Positions 22,233-32,767 of a stretch of 64,000 nucleotides of DNA are shown here, piece by piece (position 1 is the first letter of the stretch; each line of letters opens with the position of its first letter). Where the stretch lies: contig CALVQK010000009.1 in NCBI GenBank assembly GCA_944358305.1, positions 393-64,392 of the forward strand. The letters are read 5' to 3'. The position numbers and the translations under genes are program-made. This stretch comes from an uncultured Bacilli bacterium. GTDB lineage: Bacteria; Bacillota_I; Bacilli_A; RF39; UBA660. The notes beneath the pieces were generated by a model. It was not told the DNA's origin, ran no database searches, and saw only the letters and a list, made by a program, of their open reading frames with translations.

Positions 22233-24380
22233 ATGTTAGAAAATATTAATAATTATACTTACAAATCATTTAAAAACTATACAGGCCCACTAAGCACTGA
22301 AAAATTTAAAAGAGTAAATATGATTTTTGGGTACAACGGCAAAGGAAAAACTGCTTTAGCAAAAGGCATCATTGAAGAATTTTTAAAGGATCCAAGCAAT
22401 TCAGAAAATAATTATAGATTTTATGATAAAGATTATATAAAAAATAATTTATTAATTGAAAACAGCAATAGTTTAAAAGGAATCGTAGCCACTTTTGGAG
22501 AGAAAAATGTTGATGTTGAAAAAGAAATAATAGAGAAAAAAAAGCAGCTGAAAGACACAAGTGAAATATCTAAAAATCTTGAAATTATAAATAAAAAAAT
22601 AAATAATGAAATTGATAATATTTTTAATTTAAAAAAAGGTAAATCTACAATAAAAAAGAAATCTGCAAACAGTATAGAAGAATTATATGAAGCTTATACT
22701 AAAGATTTAGTCCCAGCTCTTAAACTTGTCAATAATGAAGAAGAATTAAAAAATACAAAAGACTCTTCTGAATATGAAAAGGAATTATTAAAAATAGAAA
22801 ACTTAAAAATTATTAATATTGATTTGATTGACGCACAAGAAATAATTTCAATATCAGAAATTTTATCTAACGAATATAGCAAAGTTGAAATTCCATCAAT
22901 AGAAATAATTGAATGGCTTAAAACAGGCCTTCATATTCACAAGAAAAAGAATACAGAGAAATGTATATTTTGTAGTGGAGATTTAGATTTAAATAAAATT
23001 GAAGATAAAATAACAACATACTTGAGCAATAAAAAACAACAAGATTTACAAAAACTAGATAATTTTAGAAAAAAAATTGATATAATATTAAATAACAAGG
23101 AAAAAATAGATGAAAATAAAAACATAGTTTCTAGTATAATTGGAGATCACGTTAATATATATTATGATGAATTAAATGAAAATATTTTAAATCTAGAAAA
23201 ATATATTAAAATAATTAATTCAAAAATTGAAAATATGTCTATTCAAATTGAATTCAATACTAAAGAATTTATTAAGATTATGAATAATATAACTAGCTTA
23301 ATAAATAGTATTAATGAAGAAAAAAATAAAAAGAAAAAAAATCTAAATGAAAAAATAGAAAAAAGCAATATACTTATAAAAGGCTCCATTGCACTTGAAG
23401 TATCTAACAATTCTTTAATAAAAAGTTTAATGGAAGATAAAAAGAAAAACGATAGTGATCTTATTGAAATGGAAATTAGTAACAAAAAAATATTAGAAGA
23501 AATTACTAAACTTAAAAATAGTAAATCAACTACCAGTGATTTTGCTGATTACCTTAACAATCTCCTTTTACAATTGGGAGTAGATTTTTACTTAGATATT
23601 ATTGAAAACAACTATATTATTAAACATAGACAAGATAGAATATCATTATCGTTAGATGATATAAGTGAAGGAGAAAATAATTTACTTGCATTATTGTTCT
23701 TCTATTATGAATTATTCGAAGACGATAAGCAAACACAATATAAAGACAATATTAAGATATTAGTCATTGATGACCCAATTTCTAGTGTAGATGACATTAA
23801 TAAAATGTATATTTTAGAGTTAGTGAAAAAAATTTCAAATCTAGAATACCCTCAAATTTTTATTTTTACGCATGTATGGGATGATTTTTGTGACTTGTGT
23901 TATGGAAAAAAAGATATTGATACGAACAATCGAGAAACTCCATATAGATTTTATGAAGTTAAGAAAAATTCGACTGGAAGTTATTTAACAAAAACAAAAA
24001 CAAACGAAACTCCATATAAACATGATTTTAAAGAAATCTATGATTTTTCAAATAAAACCAACGCAGATGATTTAACTGATTGTGAGATTTATCATTATCC
24101 CAATATTATGCGAAAAGTTTTAGAAGAATATATGAAATTTAAAGTTTCTAACTCTAGTCCTACATTAGATAATATTAATAATGTTAAAATTGCTTTATGT
24201 AAAAATGTTAATGAGGCTTCCTCTAACGATAATATTCAAATACCAGTTTTATTGGATGTGTGTAATATTTTGTCCCATAGGTCAACTAGAAATCCTGAAC
24301 AAATTCTAAATTCAGCAAAATATTTAATGAAGAAAATAAAAGAAGCAGATATAAATCATTTTTCTTCAATGATTAATTAA
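22233..24380 (+). CDS. RloC/PrrC-like (AAA_13 family) ATPase with coiled-coil insert and CxxC hook; putative anticodon nuclease / abortive-infection protein
   Basis: Walker A IFGYNGKGKTALAKGI. A roughly 400-aa Lys/Glu-rich coiled coil contains CIFCSG (a Rad50-like zinc hook, as in RloC). Walker B/D-loop ILVIDDPISSVDD. The C-terminal region contains R-x3-E (RKVLEEY) and a downstream His, reminiscent of the PrrC anticodon-nuclease triad. Confidence 0.55.
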   Translation: MLENINNYTYKSFKNYTGPLSTEKFKRVNMIFGYNGKGKTALAKGIIEEFLKDPSNSENNYRFYDKDYIKNNLLIENSNSLKGIVATFGEKNVDVEKEIIEKKKQLKDTSEISKNLEIINKKINNEIDNIFNLKKGKSTIKKKSANSIEELYEAYTKDLVPALKLVNNEEELKNTKDSSEYEKELLKIENLKIINIDLIDAQEIISISEILSNEYSKVEIPSIEIIEWLKTGLHIHKKKNTEKCIFCSGDLDLNKIEDKITTYLSNKKQQDLQKLDNFRKKIDIILNNKEKIDENKNIVSSIIGDHVNIYYDELNENILNLEKYIKIINSKIENMSIQIEFNTKEFIKIMNNITSLINSINEEKNKKKKNLNEKIEKSNILIKGSIALEVSNNSLIKSLMEDKKKNDSDLIEMEISNKKILEEITKLKNSKSTTSDFADYLNNLLLQLGVDFYLDIIENNYIIKHRQDRISLSLDDISEGENNLLALLFFYYELFEDDKQTQYKDNIKILVIDDPISSVDDINKMYILELVKKISNLEYPQIFIFTHVWDDFCDLCYGKKDIDTNNRETPYRFYEVKKNSTGSYLTKTKTNETPYKHDFKEIYDFSNKTNADDLTDCEIYHYPNIMRKVLEEYMKFKVSNSSPTLDNINNVKIALCKNVNEASSNDNIQIPVLLDVCNILSHRSTRNPEQILNSAKYLMKKIKEADINHFSSMIN

Positions 24381-24559
24381 TGAATGCAAAAAATGAAAAT
24401 ATTAATTATTGCTTTTACTTATTTTTATTATATTTATACTTAATGTGTGAAAAATTTAAAAATGTATTATACAATATTCAAATATTGTATAATTTGTGGT
24501 ATTATTGATATAGAAATTAGTTGTTTATCAACTTTCTCTAAGAGTTTTGAATAACCTTT

Positions 24560-24579
24560 GTTATCGCTCCATAAGATAA
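24560..24579 (+). repeat. left copy of a roughly 20-nt direct repeat gttatcgctccaWWgataa (att-like)
   Basis: gttatcgctccataagataa. It shares 12 identical nt plus gataa with the site at 31728, and its gctcca core resembles the tRNA-Gly 3' end (atccgctcca). Confidence 0.5.
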
Positions 24580-24665
24580 AATCGTCGCACCAAGCGATGT
24601 TAATGATTAAATCAACGCAAGTTGATTTTTTTTGTTGCTATTGCAAAGAAAGGGTGTGATGTGGT

Positions 24666-24938
24666 ATGATTAATATTGTAAAAAAGAAAATCAATATGAG
24701 TGATGAACTCAAAGCCAAAATTAATTGGTCTTGCAAATTTAATAAGAAGTCCTATCAAATAATTGAGGGATACTTAAGGATTGTGGAACATACCAATCTA
24801 GCGTATGTAGAGCCACATAAAGTAATTATTGGAGATAAGTTATACCTATTCTTCAATGAGCAGAAACATTTTTATATAGGGAATTTAAAGAAGAAAATCC
24901 CATTGTCTGAATTATCAGAGTACATAGCAAGGCATTAA
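24666..24938 (+). CDS. hypothetical 90-aa protein, paralogue of 14132..14413
   Basis: Conserved blocks shared with the first copy. It is followed by a hairpin and then a serine recombinase. Confidence 0.45.
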   Translation: MINIVKKKINMSDELKAKINWSCKFNKKSYQIIEGYLRIVEHTNLAYVEPHKVIIGDKLYLFFNEQKHFYIGNLKKKIPLSELSEYIARH

Positions 24939-24998
24939 TGAATTGGTGAGTTTATATACTCCCACAATATTGGTTGTTTTTGTCGTATAAATAACTAA

Positions 24999-26903
<1,905 letters not shown>

Positions 26904-26921
26904 AAGGGATTTGATTAAATT

Positions 26922-27275
26922 ATGAATATTGATTATAAAAAAGTTGGAGATTATTTACTACCTAATTTGGTGATAGAAAATCAAAATTATGGAGAAATAA
27001 ACAAGTATGGATTACTAAGATTAAATTATATTAAGGAACACAAAAAAGGATTATATCAGGCACTTTTAATGAAAAATGAACTAACAAATCATCTTCTTTC
27101 AGTCAGTAAAGAATGTGAAGAAAGATTAAAAACTTTAATGGATAATTATATTAAAAATGATGAAAAACTATCTGAAAAAAGTAAAGAAAATAATCAAATT
27201 GAATGGGCAAAATTGATGAATAATTATAAAAATACTGCTGAAGAAATTATCTTAAAGGAGTTAATTTATGTCTGA
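26922..27275 (+). CDS. small hypothetical protein (possible relaxase accessory or TnpV-like protein)
   Basis: 117-aa ORF tightly linked between the recombinase and the relaxase. Confidence 0.35.
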   Translation: MNIDYKKVGDYLLPNLVIENQNYGEINKYGLLRLNYIKEHKKGLYQALLMKNELTNHLLSVSKECEERLKTLMDNYIKNDEKLSEKSKENNQIEWAKLMNNYKNTAEEIILKELIYV

Positions 27276-27338
27276 TGTTGTCATAAGCAAGCAAGGTAGT
27301 ATTACTCCCACCACTCCAAAAGAAAGGATAAACCTATA

Positions 27339-28646
27339 ATGGCAACAACATCAATTTGGAGTATTAAGAATAATTTAAAGCAGTCTATAAATTATATTAT
27401 CAATCCAGAAAAAACTCTTAATAAAGATTATGGTAATAGAGAGTCATATAGTTATTTAGAAGAACCTATTAAAGATTGTAATTTTAAACAAGAAAAAGTT
27501 TGTTATGTCAGTTGCTTAAATTGTGATGAAGATAATCCTTGTGATGATATGGAGTTCACTAAAGAAATATTTAGAAAGAAAGACGGAGTTCTCGCTTATC
27601 ATGGTTATCAGTCATTTAAAGAAGATGAAGTTACTCCTGATATTGCTCATGAGATTGGAGTTAAGTTTGCTGAAGAAATGTTTAAAGATTATGAAGTGGT
27701 TGTTGCAACGCATCAAAATACTAATCATATTCATAACCATTTCATAATAAACTCTGTATCTTTTAAAAGTGGTAAGAAATATAATAACAATCTAACCAAT
27801 ATATCAAAGATAAGACACATTTCTGATTCACTATGTTCTGAATATGGTCTTTCGGTTTTAGATGAAGATAAGTTTTATAAAAAGACTTACACCAAAAGTA
27901 TATCAAACGATGAATATTACAAAACTCTTAAAGAAGATTTAGATAATGTTATTAGTTATTCAGTTACTTTAAAACAATTATTTGAAAGAATGAGATCATT
28001 AGGTTATAAAGTATATTCTCGTAATGGTGTTATAACTATTTATAGAGATGGTGAAGATAAAGTTAGAATAGAAAACGTATTTGGTGAAGAATATTCAAAA
28101 GATAAATTAAACCAAAAATTATATTTATCAAAACAAATAATATTTAGACCTATGCCACAAAAATCTATCTTTGAAGAATATTCTAAAATTAATAAACCAC
28201 ATAAAGGCATCTACGGACTCTATTTATACTATTGCTATTTATTAGAAGTATTTCCAAAGAAACATCCTAAACAATATCTTCCTTATTCCATTAGAAAAGA
28301 AGTTTATAAATTGGAGCAAACCTCACAGCAAGTCAGATTTATGCACGAGAACAATATTGTTACAAAAGAAGATTTAGATAATTTTGTTAAAAGTAATAAC
28401 GAACAATTAAGTGAATTAAAAGGTAAAAGAGAAAATCTTTGGAAGAAATACCATAGAGCAAAAACTGAAGATAAGAAAAATGAAATACTTGATGAAATAA
28501 ATGATATCCAACCTAAAATCAAAGAACTTAATAAGTATGATAAGTATTGTAAAGAAATAATTAAACGAGCTGAAGGCATACAAAATAATCTTAATAATTT
28601 TGATAAAGATATACAAAAGGAAAAAGACAATTCTAGGTCAATGTGA
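27339..28646 (+). CDS. relaxase/mobilisation nuclease (MobA/VirD2-like, MobP-type)
   Basis: His-rich metal motif THQNTNHIHNHFIIN (HxxTxHxHxHxxIN) and an N-terminal catalytic Tyr region, with a coiled-coil C-terminus. Confidence 0.65.
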   Translation: MATTSIWSIKNNLKQSINYIINPEKTLNKDYGNRESYSYLEEPIKDCNFKQEKVCYVSCLNCDEDNPCDDMEFTKEIFRKKDGVLAYHGYQSFKEDEVTPDIAHEIGVKFAEEMFKDYEVVVATHQNTNHIHNHFIINSVSFKSGKKYNNNLTNISKIRHISDSLCSEYGLSVLDEDKFYKKTYTKSISNDEYYKTLKEDLDNVISYSVTLKQLFERMRSLGYKVYSRNGVITIYRDGEDKVRIENVFGEEYSKDKLNQKLYLSKQIIFRPMPQKSIFEEYSKINKPHKGIYGLYLYYCYLLEVFPKKHPKQYLPYSIRKEVYKLEQTSQQVRFMHENNIVTKEDLDNFVKSNNEQLSELKGKRENLWKKYHRAKTEDKKNEILDEINDIQPKIKELNKYDKYCKEIIKRAEGIQNNLNNFDKDIQKEKDNSRSM

Positions 28647-28663
28647 CTCTTTAAATTGTCTTT

Positions 28664-29626
28664 TTAATTATGTAACTTTTTATCTCTAACTAATCGTAAT
28701 ACATGTACTAATTCTGTTTGTTTTTGTTTTCTTTGAACTTCTTCATTATATTGTGAAATTAATTCATTTATTTTTCCAGAATAAGTGCAACTATCAACTA
28801 GATTTATTCCATTTTCAGTTATAATATTATCTAATATAGAATCTTCATTAATACTAAATGGTATTCCATTTATATTAAATACTACTGTACCTTTATCCAC
28901 TTTTGCAATAATCATTGCTTCCATAAAAATATTTTCTAGTGTTGCATCTTCAAGAAATTCAATAAAATGAACTTCAGTATTTTTATCATAATGATAATCT
29001 TTTATTGATGTATTCCAATCCATATAACGAGAAGTGTTAGGTCTTTTTAATAATTCCATATATAGTCTATTTAGAGCACTTTTAGCCTTATTTCTTTCAT
29101 ATCCAAACTTTCTTTTTCTCAAAGCATCCATTGCATGTAGAACTTTATCAGTATGCTCAAAGAACATAAAGAAATCATTTTCAATATCCCACCAAAAATC
29201 TCTATCATCTTTATAGCCAAAATATGTGTCTTCTTCATTTTTTTCTTCTTTTTGAATGTGTCTATGTAAGGAACAATATTCTTGTAATCCATATCCATTT
29301 ACTGCTAGTCTATCAACTATATTTTGTATATTTTTAAAGAATACATGTGGGGCATAAACTTTTAATGAATTACCATTTTCGTCTTTATATTGATTGAAAA
29401 CAAATACTTTGTAAAAATCTTTATTTATTGTCATTCTTCTTAAAGATTTTGGTAATGAACCCCATTCAAATTCAGCAGAGCCCATATAGTCTAGTCCTAC
29501 AATATCATCAAGACCATTTATATCTTTTTTCTCTATATCATCAACATTTCTTCTAAAATGCCCACTTTGTACTAAACGAACTCTTTTTTGAATTAGTGTA
29601 TCTCTATCTTCACCAAAAAATCTCAT
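28664..29626 (-). CDS. hypothetical protein (320 aa), co-oriented and adjacent to the HD-domain gene
   Basis: Long ORF with no recognisable family from sequence. It is separated from the HD gene by 14 nt. Confidence 0.45.
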   Translation of the reverse strand: MRFFGEDRDTLIQKRVRLVQSGHFRRNVDDIEKKDINGLDDIVGLDYMGSAEFEWGSLPKSLRRMTINKDFYKVFVFNQYKDENGNSLKVYAPHVFFKNIQNIVDRLAVNGYGLQEYCSLHRHIQKEEKNEEDTYFGYKDDRDFWWDIENDFFMFFEHTDKVLHAMDALRKRKFGYERNKAKSALNRLYMELLKRPNTSRYMDWNTSIKDYHYDKNTEVHFIEFLEDATLENIFMEAMIIAKVDKGTVVFNINGIPFSINEDSILDNIITENGINLVDSCTYSGKINELISQYNEEVQRKQKQTELVHVLRLVRDKKLHN

Positions 29627-29640
29627 ATTTTAATTACTCC

Positions 29641-30291
29641 TTATATTTTTCTGCCTTTACTTTCACCAATTTCATTATTTATAGCATAAGTTGAAACAGC
29701 TCTAAAATTATCATCGTATGGATAAACTTGTTGTCCAAATTGAAGCCACATAGTTGACCAAGAAGCACCTGTTTTAAGCAATTCTTGAACTCTTGCATTT
29801 TTCATTGTATCGTTTCCATCTTGTTTATTTAAATCAACACAACCTTCTTCATCATATAATTTACTTTGTAAATCGCATTCTAACTTGTCGCATTGATAAG
29901 CAAACATTGACTCTTTTGTGCTATGAGAGTCAAATTCTAAAAATAATTGTTCTATTTGTTTTCCATCTAATAAACCACCTAGTATTTTACTAACTGCTTC
30001 ATGCTCCATTTTTTCTTTTTCTGCTTTGGAAATTTCAAATTGTGTTAAATCACCAATAACTGTTTCTCCAAGTTCATGAACGGCTAGCATAAATATTACT
30101 TTCATAATATCTACATCATATTGGTATTCTGATTTCATAGCAATCGCAAGCATTTGAACTCCAAATATATGCTCTGCAACACTTTCAATTCTTTCTCTTT
30201 GAACATTCCAATTTTTCCAACCAGTTCTAATGACATTTTTTAACCTATTACATATAACATAGTAATTTATTACATTTTGTTCTTTTGACAT
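29641..30291 (-). CDS. HD-domain phosphohydrolase, YfbR-like 5'-deoxynucleotidase family
   Basis: ESVAEHIFGVQMLA… (metal His) and HELGETVIGD (HD-type Asp) spaced as in YfbR. Confidence 0.65.
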   Translation of the reverse strand: MSKEQNVINYYVICNRLKNVIRTGWKNWNVQRERIESVAEHIFGVQMLAIAMKSEYQYDVDIMKVIFMLAVHELGETVIGDLTQFEISKAEKEKMEHEAVSKILGGLLDGKQIEQLFLEFDSHSTKESMFAYQCDKLECDLQSKLYDEEGCVDLNKQDGNDTMKNARVQELLKTGASWSTMWLQFGQQVYPYDDNFRAVSTYAINNEIGESKGRKI

Positions 30292-30489
30292 AAAATCCCC
30301 TCGTTTCGGTAGATTATTATATTATTTTCTTCTAATTTAGTCAATACAACTGTAATATTTTGTAATAATTCTAATAAGCTATTTATTTTATTATTATTTT
30401 TTGATATAATTTTATTAACATTATTCAATCATTTTTATGTTTATATGTTATTAGCTTCGTTCATAATATTTAAAGAAGGGATTGATATT

Positions 30490-30753
30490 ATGAACGACAA
30501 TTATATTTATGTATTACTTCGTATTAATAAAAAAAATGGAGGAGTAGAAATGATAAAAAGTGAAAAAAAATTAATGAAAGAAATTAATAAAGTTTATAAA
30601 GATCTAAAAATTGAAAAAAAAGTAATCAATGTAGATAAAAGTAACATTAACTTTTCAAAAAAAATAGGTATTTATGATAACAACAAAAAAAGTTATTTAG
30701 ATAATAAAACTAGTGTCAGGGCGAGGTATGGTTATTATGGCGGATTGGAATAA
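30490..30753 (+). CDS. small hypothetical protein overlapping the start of the protease gene
   Basis: ATG at 30490 with an upstream purine-rich RBS. Its 3' end overlaps the protease start by 17 nt, implying coupling. Confidence 0.35.
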   Translation: MNDNYIYVLLRINKKNGGVEMIKSEKKLMKEINKVYKDLKIEKKVINVDKSNINFSKKIGIYDNNKKSYLDNKTSVRARYGYYGGLE

Positions 30754-31633
30754 AATTTTAAAAGAAATACAAGATGAGGAGTTTCAATCTCCTATTGATA
30801 CTGTTCGAAAGAAATATATAAAAAATCTTTCTGATTTAACTCAAAGAAATACAATATGTTATTATTCCGGATTTTTAAATTGTGCCGATCATCCAGATAC
30901 TGCTATTAATGATAGAGATTTAAATGGGTTTATGACTGTTATTCATGAAATGGATAAATCTAAAGGTCTAGATTTAATCATTCATTCTCCTGGTGGTGAA
31001 GTTGCTGCAACTGAAGCAATAGGAAATTATTTAAGAAAAATTTTTGGAAACAACATTCGTGTTTTTGTTCCTCAAATTGCAATGTCTGGTGGCACTATGC
31101 TTTCTTGTATTGGAAATGAAATATATATGGGGAAACACTCAAGTATAGGTCCAATCGATCCTCAATATGGAGGTGTTCCAGCATATGGGGTAATTCAAGA
31201 ATTCGAACAAGCAAAAGAAGAAATTATAAGCAATCCCCAATCAATTCCATTTTGGCAACCAATTATAGGTAAATATCCACCTACTTTTATAGGACAATGT
31301 TATAAAGCAATTGAATTATCATCTGATGTAGTAAGAAAATGGCTTGAAGAAGGTAGTATGTTTGAAAATGATAACAAGAAAGAACAAAAAATAACTAAAA
31401 TAATGAATTATTTAAATAATAATGAGCATACAAAAATGCATTCACGACATATTGGTATAGATAAAGCCAAAGAAATTGGTCTTAAAATTAAAGCACTCGA
31501 GTCAGATGATAAACTTCAAGATGCTATACTTTCTGTTCATCATTGCTATATGCATACATTTCAAAATACGAATGCCGTAAAGATACTTGAAAATCAAAAA
31601 GGTGTATCATTTATAATGATTGGAGAAAAATAA
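30737..31633 (+). CDS. ClpP/SppA-like serine peptidase of the SDH (S49-related) family
   Basis: HSPGGEVAATEAIG (oxyanion GG) and QIAMSGGTMLS (Ser nucleophile) in a crotonase/ClpP-fold pattern. The start is chosen at the ATG at 30737, which follows a GAGGT RBS. Confidence 0.6.
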   Translation: MADWNKILKEIQDEEFQSPIDTVRKKYIKNLSDLTQRNTICYYSGFLNCADHPDTAINDRDLNGFMTVIHEMDKSKGLDLIIHSPGGEVAATEAIGNYLRKIFGNNIRVFVPQIAMSGGTMLSCIGNEIYMGKHSSIGPIDPQYGGVPAYGVIQEFEQAKEEIISNPQSIPFWQPIIGKYPPTFIGQCYKAIELSSDVVRKWLEEGSMFENDNKKEQKITKIMNYLNNNEHTKMHSRHIGIDKAKEIGLKIKALESDDKLQDAILSVHHCYMHTFQNTNAVKILENQKGVSFIMIGEK

Positions 31634-31727
31634 AACTATTGATTTTTAATAATAAAAAATATATAATTTATTTAGTTGATTTAATCAATGCAACTTTGGG
31701 AGTATAAATTTTCGAATATAAGTAAAG

Positions 31728-31748
31728 TTATCGCTCCAATTGATAACT
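31728..31748 (+). repeat. right copy of the direct repeat gttatcgctccaWWgataac (itself an imperfect palindrome gttatc…gataac)
   Basis: gttatcgctccaattgataac; see 24560..24579. Confidence 0.5.
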
Positions 31749-31787
31749 AAAAAGAGCTTAGCTATGTACTAAGTTCTTTTTTATTAT

Positions 31788-31808
31788 CTCCCGTAGTCAG
31801 CTTGGAAG
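31788..31808 (-). repeat. 21-nt inverted exact copy of tRNA-Gly positions 31-51 (anticodon loop to start of T stem)
   Basis: ctcccgtagtcagcttggaag is the exact reverse complement of 13977..13997 (cttccaagctgactacgggag). The flanks do not match the tRNA. Confidence 0.7.
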
Positions 31809-31983
31809 AAAGAAATTTTTTATTCCTATAAAAAGTTTCTACAATACTCTAGGTAGTTTAAATAAATTTTTTCATTAACAATAAATTACAAATTCTTTTT
31901 CATTTTCATAGTCAGCGATTTCTTTATTAAAAATCATTATTTCCTTCTATCATTAATATTATTACCAATAACAAATTAAAAAA

Positions 31984-32703
31984 TCAAATCCAAAACTCTT
32001 TTTCAGTATAATATCTATCATAATAATCTACTATCATTTTTATACATTGTTCTATTAACTCTCTATCACTTTTATAGTTAGCTATAACAAAACTATGTGA
32101 GCTATATTCGTGATTATCCTCTTCTGTTATTTCTTTACTTTTATTAAAATCATAAGATACATAATCTTCATAACCATAATAATAGTCTTCTTTATAAACA
32201 TTTAAATAATCATGATAAGATATTTTATAATAGCTAACAGGGACAGTCACTATAATACTCCTACCTTGATATCTATTTTCTAAAGCTTTTTGAATATTCT
32301 CTTCAAAATACCAAGTATCAATATATTTTTGACTAGGGGAAAAATACCAAACATTTTCTCTATTTACATTGCTCTCATTTAAAATATTATTATAATATAT
32401 AGTATATTTCATTTTATTACAACCTATACTTATAGTAAATATATCAATACGTTCAAATTTCAGATGTGATACCTTTCCTCCTTTATTTTCAAGTTTAAAA
32501 ACTTTTTCCCTGTCTTTTATATCATTTGTTTTTTCTATATAAAATATAGGAGCAGTATTTTCTTTTTCAGTTCTTGTCTGATCTTTTACTAAATCATTAG
32601 CAATTACTAATAATATTAATGAGAATACTCCAAAAATTATTTTAGATATAAAGTCTATTATTACATCATTTTTTTTTAAAAAATTTTTTAACTTATCCAT
32701 CAT
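31984..32703 (-). CDS. hypothetical membrane-anchored protein
   Basis: Start chosen at the MMDKLKNF… ATG at 32703, which has an AGAGGGA RBS. The track's longer N-terminus runs in another frame through the upstream gene's Gly/Ser tail and is rejected. Confidence 0.45.
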   Translation of the reverse strand: MMDKLKNFLKKNDVIIDFISKIIFGVFSLILLVIANDLVKDQTRTEKENTAPIFYIEKTNDIKDREKVFKLENKGGKVSHLKFERIDIFTISIGCNKMKYTIYYNNILNESNVNRENVWYFSPSQKYIDTWYFEENIQKALENRYQGRSIIVTVPVSYYKISYHDYLNVYKEDYYYGYEDYVSYDFNKSKEITEEDNHEYSSHSFVIANYKSDRELIEQCIKMIVDYYDRYYTEKEFWI

Positions 32704-32767
32704 GCTTCCCTCTTTATGTTGATTATATAGAAAAACTAAAATTAATGCAATATAATGAAAAAGATGG

